This document shows positions 53,563 to 64,000 of a DNA stretch of 64,000 nt, in pieces (position 1 is the first letter of the stretch; every line of letters begins with the position of its first letter). Position numbers and translations under genes: made by a program. A model generated the notes under the pieces. It was not told the DNA's origin. It was given only the letters and a program-made list of their open reading frames with translations, and searched no databases. The DNA is from Utricularia gibba (taxonomy: Eukaryota > Plantae > Magnoliophyta), in NCBI GenBank assembly GCA_002189035.1, contig CM007990.1:2108001-2172000 (forward strand), written 5' to 3'.

Positions 53563-56412
53563 CTACTCCTCCCTCAGTTTTTGCTTCTTCTTTTTCTCTT
53601 CAACTGTAGCCACGGGATGGTCATCTGCCCTCCCATCTTTACTCTTCTTCTTCTTCTTTTTCACGCCTACACTATCACTGCCAATGCCATTAGACTCCAC
53701 TTTTGCTGCTTCATCTTCATCTGCATCTCGTTTTCTCTTCTCTTTCTTTTTCTTCTTCTCAGTTGCAGGCTTGTCCTCCTCGACATTCCCCCCTTCACTG
53801 GTTCACTTGCCTCCCCATTCTCTGCATATTGTGGATATCAGGAGAAAAACAAATGGGGGTTAAGATAAAAAAATGTCCACCTGCTAATGTTAATGAAAAG
53901 GGATCAACCAACAAACGGCTGCGTGCATCAAGTAATAGTTTCAAAGAGAGTAATCAAAACCTTTAATGTCGACAGTTTTCAGTGCAGACAACATCACATC
54001 AATATTCTTCCGAGGAGCAATACCCTTGTCATAAAAATCTAATCGCTCCTCGACTTGTTCCCGTAGCTTCTCTCCAAAAGCATTTGTATTCTTCTCTGTG
54101 ATACAGATGCACATTCATCTACACGGTCAATTCGTTACACATGAGATATAATAAACAATTCAGAGAGGAAATGCCTAGTTACCCAAGAAACAGTCAATAC
54201 GACACGCAATGGAGCATTTGTTGGCAAGATAACGAGCCATGCGTCCTTTATTTCGAGCAGATGCCCGACCAATGAATGAAGAGTGAAAAATAAGTCCATA
54301 TTTTGGAGTGTTCCCACGTGTTTTTAATGCCCTTGAGATAACAAAGAAAACACTCATTAAAAAAAAAATCGTGTATCAATAGCAGCCAAAAAGAAATAGG
54401 CACCTTAAGAAATATACCTGAACAGAGCTTTCTCTGCACCAAGAATCTGAAGAGTTGATGAGGGGCACTTGGCCAAGTTCGTGAGACTACCAGCATGTGA
54501 AATTAAACGGGCGCCAACCACTTCACCAATCAACGCAGCCAAATTGGGGGCTATATCATTCATTTTGGCAACCAAATAGTCATAAAGCTTCTTTCTGTAC
54601 TCAGCAAGATCCATCACCCTCTGTGCAAATAGCTTTACATTAATTAAATCGACGGGTGAGAGATCCTGACCTGACAATAGAAATCCATGTAAGCATAAAT
54701 CCATGGTAGACAACACAATATAGACGGCATGACAATCATAAGCAATGACCTATAGATGGCACATCTTAACAATCATACCCATGGATGCCTTGGCAGCTTC
54801 TATGATTTCCTTTGCCGTGTCTTCATCCCCAACTATGTCTGTGAGACCTGATAAATGGTCTTCGGACAACTTAGATTTGTCCTCCACATACTTTGCAACT
54901 TTTGCGTACAAATAATTGTCGGTAACAATCTTCACTAACTCGGGAAAATGCCAAGAGTACCATTCCCTATAAAAATCATGATAGAATACATTAATACTAG
55001 TAAGTTTCTACTGCTCATACACATGCTAGACATCCAACAACAGTCCACAAAACATAAAATACAGCTACACTAGACAGCCAATACCAGTACAAAATGAAGT
55101 ATAGCTAATGCCTTTGACGCAACTCCAATTATGCAGACAGCATCATGAAAGGAAAGCACCAACCTTATTCTCATCGAAAAGGAATTGACGTCCTTATCTA
55201 GGGTGTCAAGTAAAAAAATCGCCTGAATAATCATATTGTCCACACGATTCACATTAAACTTGACCTTTGCCCTGCTATAGCTGTGCCCTAGACCAAGTTG
55301 TGCTTTCTCTAAATCTCCAGGCTGCCGTTGTTCAACACAAAACAATATGAAAAGGATAAATGGATAAAATATATCCCTCTAAGTTAGCTCAATATACAGA
55401 ACAAAGTGACCAACCTTTAAGTTTTTGATGAACTGAGCAAAGTGTAGCCGTATTCCCCGGATAATCTCAAGAATAAATTCATTGCTTTGGCATGGAATTT
55501 TAGTCACTTCATAAACATGTGATCCCAGCTTCGGCTCTGCAACTCCAAGGCTGAATTTTTGTTTCTTGCTCTCTTTCACTTTAGGCAAATTTAACGCCAA
55601 GAAACTCCTTAATTCAGATGTCATCTGACCTAGTCCACCCAAAAAGGAATATCACGTAGGCAAAGTTACTACTCATTCGAAACCATACGTAGAGCAATTG
55701 ATACGAATGCTGTAGATTCCTATATTAAGCTAGCAGAATCTTTAGTTACAATGCACTTAACCATCGTGTGGGTATATTAACAATGGGTTCATTCAGTTAC
55801 CATCAGACATATTACTAAGTTAAATGGAAATATCTGCAATAACGGGACACGAGTCCACCTTCAACCATAATGTTGCAAAAAAATATCACTTTTGATGAGG
55901 AGAAAGGAAAGCACGTAATAATCACAGAAAATGCAATAACGCACGTTATCAGATAAATTCCAGGATACACCTAATCGTTCCACTAGCAAGAAAGGGGAAA
56001 AATTTTGAATTAATAAAACCTATATTTTTACTCAAAGTATACAACTAATCTTCCTCTTCCTGTCCGCCTAGAGTCCAGGGTATTCAAAACGCATCAACAG
56101 AGGAGAGTACCTCCGGAAAATCAAAAGCATGTTTAGAACATAAAAAACTAACTCTTGCTCCTTGAAGTTTATTAAGGTCTTATTCAAAATTAGCCTTTGG
56201 AACCTACCTTCAGAGACTGCATTGCACTGGTTAAGAGCGTCGAGCGCGGATGCGAAGGGACTAAAGGCAACCAAATTCACCACCTTTCCAAAACGATTCA
56301 GGTCCGCAATAGACCCGCGAACAGCTTCTGTATTCTGACCGATTTCATCAATCCCCTTAGCCACGAACAAGGAGTATCCTGAGGCTGACTCGTACAGCAC
56401 GTACAGCGCCAT
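53563..56412 (-). CDS. NOP56: Nucleolar protein 56 (box C/D snoRNP core), 8 exons, about 520 aa after one -1 correction
   Basis: Exons 56412-56208, 55629-55415, 55321-55164, 54966-54779, 54670-54418, 54331-54183, 54095-53961, 53821-53563. Motifs [97 protein letters not shown], and a KKE/D-rich tail. Confidence 0.93.
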
Positions 56413-56469
56413 CGAAGTCGGACCGCGAAGGCAATGGCTTACCAGAGGCTGCGGTGTCTGTAGTAAAAC

Positions 56470-56477
56470 TAGGGTTT
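56470..56477 (-). promoter_or_regulatory. Telo-box (AAACCCTA) in the NOP56 5' leader
   Basis: TAGGGTTT on the + strand at 56470-56477, about 60 nt upstream of the ATG. Telo-boxes are typical of plant ribosome-biogenesis genes. Confidence 0.65.
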
Positions 56478-56520
56478 GGAGACGGAAGTGTTGGCGGAGT
56501 GGGGACGGGCGGCGTGGGTG

Positions 56521-59500
56521 AATAGATGTCAATGGGTCTCGGTCTACTGGGACCCGAACCGAAACCAACCCGAATGGGTTCGATTTCGGGCCAAGAAATG
56601 CTAATTTTTTTTCGGGTTCGGGTTGTTTGACATCGACCCAACAAGCTATCGGGTCAGGTTCGGGTTTAGCTTTCTAAAACCCGTAGATCTGGATCCAACC
56701 GAAGCACAAATATTTTTAAAATATTAATGAAATTTAATTTCTTAATGGACTTAATAAGTAATATATCTTTAACCCTAATTCATCCTTTCAACTTCTAAAA
56801 TCATCACAGTGGAAACTTGAAGAGTATGTACTGAATCATTTTCGAATTTCTGTTTTGCAACACTTTGATTTGTGGTTGAATATATATATATTTTTTGTTC
56901 AATAGTTCTGTAATTATTTTTTATTGTTTTTTTTTCTGTTGATTAACTTTTTTCCCATTTTTTGTTTGCATGTGCTGATCTATAGATGGGGTTTCTTATT
57001 GTGCATTTTTTGTCTTTTAGTTTTAGGATTTAGCGAGTAGTAGATGGGTTTCTTAATGGCTAGTACCACTAGCTAGTAAGCACACCACACACACCATTCG
57101 AATATGGAAATAAAATTATTTTTTTAAAAAAAAAGTTTCTTATTTTTTAGAAACTTTGAATTTTGAAATAACCAAGTTTTAGATATTATTTTTTGTTCCT
57201 TTTTTTACCATTTCATATATAATGTATTTTAATTTTACAATTTTTAATTTTCACAAGTTAAAATTTCTGTTTTTTCATTCTAAAAATCTAAATTCCTAAT
57301 TCTAACCTTCATGTTTGTATTTTTAATTTCTTTAGATGACATCTCAGCAAGACAGTTCACAAGCATCAATTCCGTTATTGGGATCTCCACATCAAGGTGG
57401 CCGTGGAGTTGATGATGATAATGATTAAGTGAAGGAAGCTGTTGAAATTTTAGATGATGACGGTGGAATCTCTAAAAAAAGAAAACTAAAATCTAGAGCA
57501 CTTCAAGCAATTCCATGATGATAAGACAAATGAATGGAAAGCTCAATGCAATAGTTGCAAAAAAGTCATGAGTGGAGACACAAAAAATGGTATTGTCATT
57601 TTTGAAAAGACATTTCAAAGATACATGTCCTAAGAGATCAGATACTATGAATATTAAGCAAGCTATTTTGAAGATGGGAAACTTTGGAAATATTGAAAAA
57701 TTTGTGTTTGATCATGATCAGTCAACAGAAAACTTTGCAAAAATGATAATATTGCATGATTATCCACTAAGTATGACAGATCATGTTAGTTTTAGGAATT
57801 TTTGTGCTAGATTGAATCCAAGTTTTAAAGCTATTACCAGAAATACATTGAGACGTGATATTCTTACTCTTTATGCCAAGTATAAATCCATGTACTATAA
57901 GGAGTTAGAAAAGGTAAAAAGTTGAATCGTTGTAACAACTTATATGTGGACATCTCAAAATAACGATAAGGGATTTATGGCAATTACGGCTCATTACATT
58001 GATGAGAATTGCTCATTGAAAAGTTTTATTCTAAGGTATGTTTTATTTGATGAATATGATCTTGATAGTGATTATTGGCTATTGCACTTTAAATTTAATG
58101 CAGTATTTTTTTTTCCAGATTTGTATATCTTCCTACAACACATACCGGAGAAGCAATTTCTAAAGCTTTGGTAGAAACTTTTGTTGAATGGAATATGGAT
58201 CTTAAATTATGTACAATTACAATGGACAATTGTTCAACAAATGACAAAGTTCTGGGTTTACTTCTACATAAGCTTATGAGAAAGGATTTGATCTTAAATG
58301 GGAAGGTACTTTATGTATGCTGCAATGCTCATATTCTTAATTTGATTGTGCAAGTAGGTTTGACAGAGATTGAAGGCGTGATTGATAAAATACGTGCTGG
58401 TGTAGTGTATTGGACAGCTTCACCGAACAGAGTTGAAGAATTTGAGCATGCATGTTGCCAATGCAATATTCCTTATGAGAAAAAGTTATCATATGATTGT
58501 AAAATTCGTTGGAACTCTACGTATTTAATGCTGAAATCTACCTTCCCTTATAAAGATGTATTTCCAAGACTTCCTCTAATGGATAAGGGGTACAAAAACC
58601 CTCCTAATTATGAAAGTAGCTGAGCACTTACAAATATTCTACTGTGCAACTTTAGTTTTCTCTAGTATACAATATCCTACTTTAAATCTTTTTTTTTTCA
58701 TGTATGTAATATGAAAATCAAGCTTCATAATTGGGAGAAAAGCTAAGATGAAATAGTTTGTAAGATGGCAAGTAAAATGATAGTGACGTTCTCTAAATAT
58801 TGGGATACATGCCATTTATTATTGGGAGTAGCTATTGTTCTTGATCCAAGGTATAAAATGAAAGTGGTGGAGTTTTATTTTCCCTTGATTTATGGAAAAA
58901 TGTTGAAGATTTATATGATGAGTATAAATCTCAGTTTGATTCTGATATTCTCTCACTTACTTTTGGTGCTTCTCTAGACAAAATATGACTTCATCTTGCT
59001 CCACTATTTATGATTCTGATGATGGAGATATTTTAATGTTTGATCAATATATGAGTCAAGGGTTGGAGAATTTCAGTGATCATAATGTCTTGGAACTAGA
59101 TTCTTATACAAGGGAATCAATATTATAAAAAATGAATAATTTTAATATACTTTCTTGGTGGCAACTATATGGAAATTCATATCCTATTTTGAAGTAGATC
59201 GCCATAAACATTTTAGCTATTCCTATTTCTACCGTTGTTTCAGAGTCTGCATTTAGCATGAGTGGAAATATTGTTGCAGATATTTGAAGTAGACTTGATG
59301 ATGATATTTTAAAAGCTTTGATGGTTGGCCGTCATTAGGCTTGGAATGACATTAATGGTAAGTACAAGTTTAATAAGATTATTTGTATACTTATGTTATT
59401 GATTTACTTTTTGTTTCATTGCTTTTATTGTTTCAAGAGCATGTTCTACAAGGGAGTTTTCTGCATGGGTGCAAAAACATGAAGTTGAAGATGAAAAGAT

Positions 59501-59819
59501 AGAACCGTATGTTCATGGATTTAAAGAGTAAAATAATTTACAATTTTTGATAAACTTGTTTAATTTAAATTGTTGAATTGAATTTATTTTTTGTATTAAT
59601 TTTTATATCATATTATTTTAAGATAAAACATAAAAAAATTTTGATATAGTTTTAAGTAGGTTAGAACCGGAACCGAAATCGAACCTGTTGGGTCTTGTTT
59701 TTCGGGTTTGGGTTCGGGTCCTTGCCGGGTCGGGTTGGGTTCAGACTCAGTAAGGGGTTCCTTGGGTTGGGTTCGGTTTTGAAGATACCTGAACCGAACC
59801 CAAACCATTGACATCTCTA
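56521..59819 (+). mobile_element. hAT-superfamily DNA transposon (about 3.3 kb), defective
   Basis: TIRs AATAGATGTCAATGG / CCATTGACATCTCTA (13/15). Both ends have subterminal arrays of AACCGA/GGGTTC/CCCGA. No 8-bp TSD is visible. Confidence 0.88.
57336..59360 (+). pseudogene. BED-finger hAT transposase pseudogene (RICESLEEPER-like family)
   Basis: Motifs KAQCNSCKK..LKRHF..CP (BED), MIILHDYPLSM, MWTS..GFMAITAHYID, ITMDNCSTND, CNAHILNLIV, RWNSTYLML, LDPRYKM, and dimerisation ILSWW..LAIPISTVVSESAFS. Multiple stops and frameshifts; the first catalytic Asp reads TTYMW. Confidence 0.88.
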
Positions 59820-60367
59820 CCTTTTGTATAGTAAAATCTTCAAAAATTTGGGCATTTTTTTAGTTGTTTTTTCCGTAAATTATATAGAATAATCTGAATT
59901 TGAGTAAATATAATATAATAATTAAATTGGTACTTTTGGTCTTTATTCGATAAAACTGTATGCTTAATTTTAAATTTATGAACATTTTTTAATATCAATA
60001 TATCAGACATTGTACTCATTCAATTTATGCTTTGTACATATTTTGTAATTTAGAATGAGAAGGCAATTAAAAGGGGATATCTGCATAAATGCCTCCTAAT
60101 GTTTACACACATAAGAAAAAATGTCCCAAAAGTTTAATGTGGTGCAATTTCGCCCCTAAAGTTCATACATAGATGCAACATTTCCTCCAATTGTTTGGCA
60201 AAACGTTTTGATATACCATGTATATTTTGAAAAATATATTTTTTATCCCAAATGTTTCTAACAGTACAAAAATGCTTTAACTTCTGTCAAAGTTTTAAAT
60301 GTGTATTGTTACCTCAAATGTTTTTAAGTGTGCAATTTTGCCCTATATTTAAGTGTTTTATTATTGC

Positions 60368-60404
60368 TAATAATAATAACAATAACGATAATGATAATAA
60401 TAAT

Positions 60405-60446
<42 letters not shown>

Positions 60447-60452
60447 AATCAT
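60368..60452. repeat. Compound (AAT)n-(CAT)n microsatellite
   Basis: An imperfect AAT/GAT run followed by about 13 CAT units at 60408-60446. Confidence 0.95.
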
Positions 60453-61616
60453 ACTGGAAATAGTTTTATTCTATGAAAACCCGAAATCTTATCCAAAACT
60501 ATAAACTCTTGTAGAAACTCTAAATAATAATAATAATTTTTGTATCATACTACACTAAATTGAGTAAGATGATAATGATTTAAACTATAAAATAAGATGA
60601 AAACATTAATGAAAATGGATGTAAAATGATTAAGCATTTGTCTCATAGAAAACAAAATAACAAGTTCATTAGTCGATTTGCATAATATAAACGAGATCCA
60701 AGTACCACAATCACAACATCATCAGATGTATAAATCCTTGCAAGTGTGCGTGCAGATGCAATGTTGGCTTTCTGATTCTTGATGTATGTATGCTCAGCAT
60801 CATATATACAAACTCTCCACATACTCTCATGTTTCCTTTGTACAATTCGCAAACGTCAAGGACAACATGGTTTTTCCTTCTTTTTGGAGTCACCATGATG
60901 TGATTCGGCATCATCCACATGCTCATCATCACTCAGATTTTTTTCATTTTCCCTTACGATTCTTTCAATTATGCACATCATTTCTTGTGCATCTGCATTC
61001 TAAAATTCCACCTTCACTCTTTGAAATTCAATGAGGAAAACCTTCCTTCGCACAAAACAAAACAGATCAACCTAATAATATATATGCTCATCTTTATATG
61101 GAAATACAACACAATGGATTAACCTGATAGTATTCTTTTGTAGACCATCTAATGGATTGTAAACTAGATTTGGTTTTCTGATTCTAATTCACCCTCAAAT
61201 ATTGTTTCCTCATCTCCACTACCCATCCCAATATCATCAGCAGCACGCACAATATCAAATAATATTTTCATGTTAGGAGGAAAAAGTAGATCACTCGGAT
61301 AATCTTCATCTGCAAAATTAGCACTGCACATGTCTATATCATTATCTTCATCATAAGTCATACTTTAGAAGAAACTAACGCCTCTCCAATTATTTGTTGA
61401 AAGAAAAGTAGTAAAGTAAGCAATAACCTCTATTGAAAATCAAACTAGTATTTTTCAAATAACGCAATATAGTGAACAAAAAACTGAATGGATGTTCATG
61501 CCAAATAGCAAAATATCCTCAACTGAAAAATCTAAATTCATTTCTTGAATACATCCAAAACGAAATTTTCGTAGCACATAAAGTCAATAAACCCTTCTGC
61601 TACACTAGAGCCAATC

Positions 61617-61820
61617 TTCAAATCAAATAACACAAAGAGGTAAACAAAAAACTAAAATCAAAGCTGCTGCCCAAATCATCAACTGAAAGGGAAATGAATA
61701 TCCAATATGTAAACCCTTAGGCCACAACAATGGTAAGCTTCAAATCAAATACCACAAAGAGGTAAACAAAAAAGTGAAATCAAAGCTGCTGCCCAAATCG
61801 TCAATTGAAAGTGAAATGAA
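61617..61820. repeat. About 82-bp direct repeat inside the MULE
   Basis: TTCAAATCAAATA.CACAAAGAGGTAAACAAAAAA..AAATCAAAGCTGCTGCCCAAATC at 61617-61698 and 61739-61820. Confidence 0.85.
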
Positions 61821-64000
61821 AAGGGATTCGGACACAAAGTATTATTGGGAGAGAAAAATAATGCCGTCGGTGGGTTTGGAGTAATAATAACAAATATAAT
61901 AATATTATTAATATTAATATTAATATTAATATTTTGCTTCTTCTCTACGCCATTTTCACAATGATAAAAAAAACCATATGGTTCATACCACAAAGAACAC
62001 AAAGATCATTTCATATTAATATTAATATTCTCTTAGTGGCAACACAAGGAACACTATATCATATGGTTTGACTTTCTAATCCAACAAGGTTCACAATAAT
62101 AATAATATATTATTAATATTCTTAATATCTTCTTTATATTAGTAATAAGAAAAAAACCATAATGGGAAAAAAGTACACAATTTGAAACATTTGAGGCAAA
62201 AATACACATTTAAAACCTTAACAGACGTTAGGATATTTTTGCATTGTCAAAAACATTTGAGGACAAAAATATATTTTTCAAATATGTGTGGCATATTAAA
62301 ACATTTTTGAAAACATTTGGGGCATTCTTGCATTTGTGTGTGAACTTTAGGGTTAATTTGCACCACAATAAACTATTGGAGCAAAAAAGTTCGTGTGTGC
62401 AGTTGAGGGAAAAAAAAAACTTGACCCCAATTAAAATGCACCAAACTCTTGTTCAGGTCTTCCTTCTTTTTGTATATGGACATCAAAGTAGAGTTAGTTT
62501 GGGCATCATTGATTGGTCGTAATAAACCTTGTGTATAACATATATTTTGGAGTTATTTCTATAAATTTGAACTAAATCATGAATTACTTTATAAAACTAA
62601 CACCAAGATTTCAACCCAAAAATTCTTTTATGCATGGACACTAAAGATAATATATACGTAAACTATAAATAGAAAAGAATGAAATAATGAGAAAAGGGAT
62701 TTAAGATAAGAATGCAACCACAAAAAAAAAAAATTGAATAAGATATTGACTCTAAGACCAATGCCTCCCATGAGGAAAGAATAACACAAACCATAGAAAA
62801 TACCATGAACATTACTGAGAAAAATAAACAATTAACAAACAAAAAATTAGGAAAATGAGATTAATGAAATCAAAATCTCATTCAATAGTAGAGAGTACAA
62901 TAGTAGGTTATAAAGCTATATGTGCAATAGTAATATTATAAGGATTATATTTCTAACACTCATTAAGTGGAACATGGATATCAAGTTGGCTCAACTTGGA
63001 CGATAAATGAGGATGTTGAATGATCCTAAGTACTTTTGTGATTAATTATTTGCTTGCTCCTTTGTACAGATGTATTTTATTAAAATTTTGTGCTTACTTT
63101 CTTTTTCATGAAGATAGTGCCAATAAATATCAAATCCATCCATACTATGTTAGATTCTTCACATTTCTTATGGTTGATTGATTTTTGCAATATCAAATTT
63201 TGTGGCTACTACTTGATCTCAAAAACTTTTAGTAGATTTTGGATCCAAGATATCTCACATGACCTAGTAGACATGTGAGATATTTTGTGTTATTTAAATT
63301 CTTTGATAACAAAAGCAAGTGTCTTTAAAATGCAAATTATCTTACTAAATAAATTTACAAGCCTAATTCATACATAATCATAAAACAAATACGAGCATAT
63401 TAGATTAAGATCGAATACAAAGAGTTTTGTGTTTGTCATGTATAGACTAATGTATTCTGTTTTTGTCATAATAAAAATTAAGTCTAATGTAATACTAATA
63501 CAATCTTACAATAAATGTAGAAAAGTAATAAACGAGCAAATCAGATTTCTGTCTAAACTGAAAGAAGATGATGTCTTGAGACCTCTAGAAATAACATGCT
63601 CATTACCCTATTTATCCTACCCAAACCAAAAATCATGCATCTAACATTCCAAAAATTCAAGTCTACCTAAACCCTTAACTAGGGTTGTTTAAAAAAATAT
63701 TTATCCCCACTCTTGGATCTATTTTAGTTTGTTAATGAGAAATGTGATTATACAAATAAGATAGTTTAATGAGAATTGTGCATGCTTATTCTTTTTGTCC
63801 CAAAGAACCACATGGTATTTAGTTACTCATATTAAGGAAAAATAACACAAGTTTATAACATAACATCAAAAGGATGTTCATATTGCAGTTTAATATGAAC
63901 AAGATAAACAGAAACGAAAATGCAAATAGTTTAGTGCGAAAAACTAAAATGTTTCTTGCAATCTACTTTCTCCTCCATCCTCTTTGTCGTTCTACAATTT

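Larger units (their letters stand above)
60073..62427 (-). mobile_element. Mutator-like element (2355 bp) with decayed MuDR fragment
   Basis: Diverged TIRs of about 200 bp (TGTGGTGCAA..CCCTAAAGTTCA; GAAAAATATATTTT). Perfect 9-bp TSD CAATTAAAA at 60064-60072 and 62428-62436. Internal minus-strand PCCP*RLRIVQRKHESMWRVCIYDAEHT resembles the MuDR C-x-W..EHT motif. Confidence 0.8.

Noticed and set aside
53380-53966. Long hydrophobic plus-strand ORFs (162, 112 and 87 aa)
   Set aside because: They are the reverse complement of the Lys-rich NOP56 tail; low-complexity purine runs lack stops on the opposite strand.
54967-56207. Intronic box C/D snoRNAs in NOP56 (as in animal NOP56 genes)
   Set aside because: I found no convincing RUGAUGA...CUGA pair with a terminal stem on the sense strand by eye. 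An Infernal/Rfam scan would be needed to exclude it fully.
60252-60476. Poly-Asn/poly-His ORF
   Set aside because: It is simply translation of an (AAT)/(CAT) microsatellite inside a MULE, with a non-ATG start and no splice or domain support.

Overview
AT-rich eudicot nuclear DNA with intron-containing genes and many degenerate transposons. Six spliced protein-coding genes can be reconstructed by hand: MCD1 (+, 328-2252), an APS2-like AGPase small subunit (-, 2555-4719), a 28-exon FHA/AAA ATPase (-, 15502-25077), WAV2 (-, 28229-30293), DDL (+, about 44492-47010) and NOP56 (-, 53563-56412). A decayed 3' fragment of a TSC10 gene lies upstream of APS2. Intergenic DNA holds PIF/Harbinger, Tourist-MITE, three Mutator-like (MULE), hAT and LTR-retrotransposon remnants. 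The main observations are: a 4-kb MULE carrying an antisense ZF-HD homeodomain fragment plus nested hairpin arrays; two 1.4-kb Athila-like LTRs forming a 4.2-kb inverted repeat; a hAT element ending about 110 bp upstream of the NOP56 ATG; and four -1 frameshifts in otherwise intact genes, all in G/C homopolymers and probably assembly error. Family assignments come from recalled protein motifs, not database searches. I found no evidence of a wholly new multi-gene system; the candidates are TE-host interactions.
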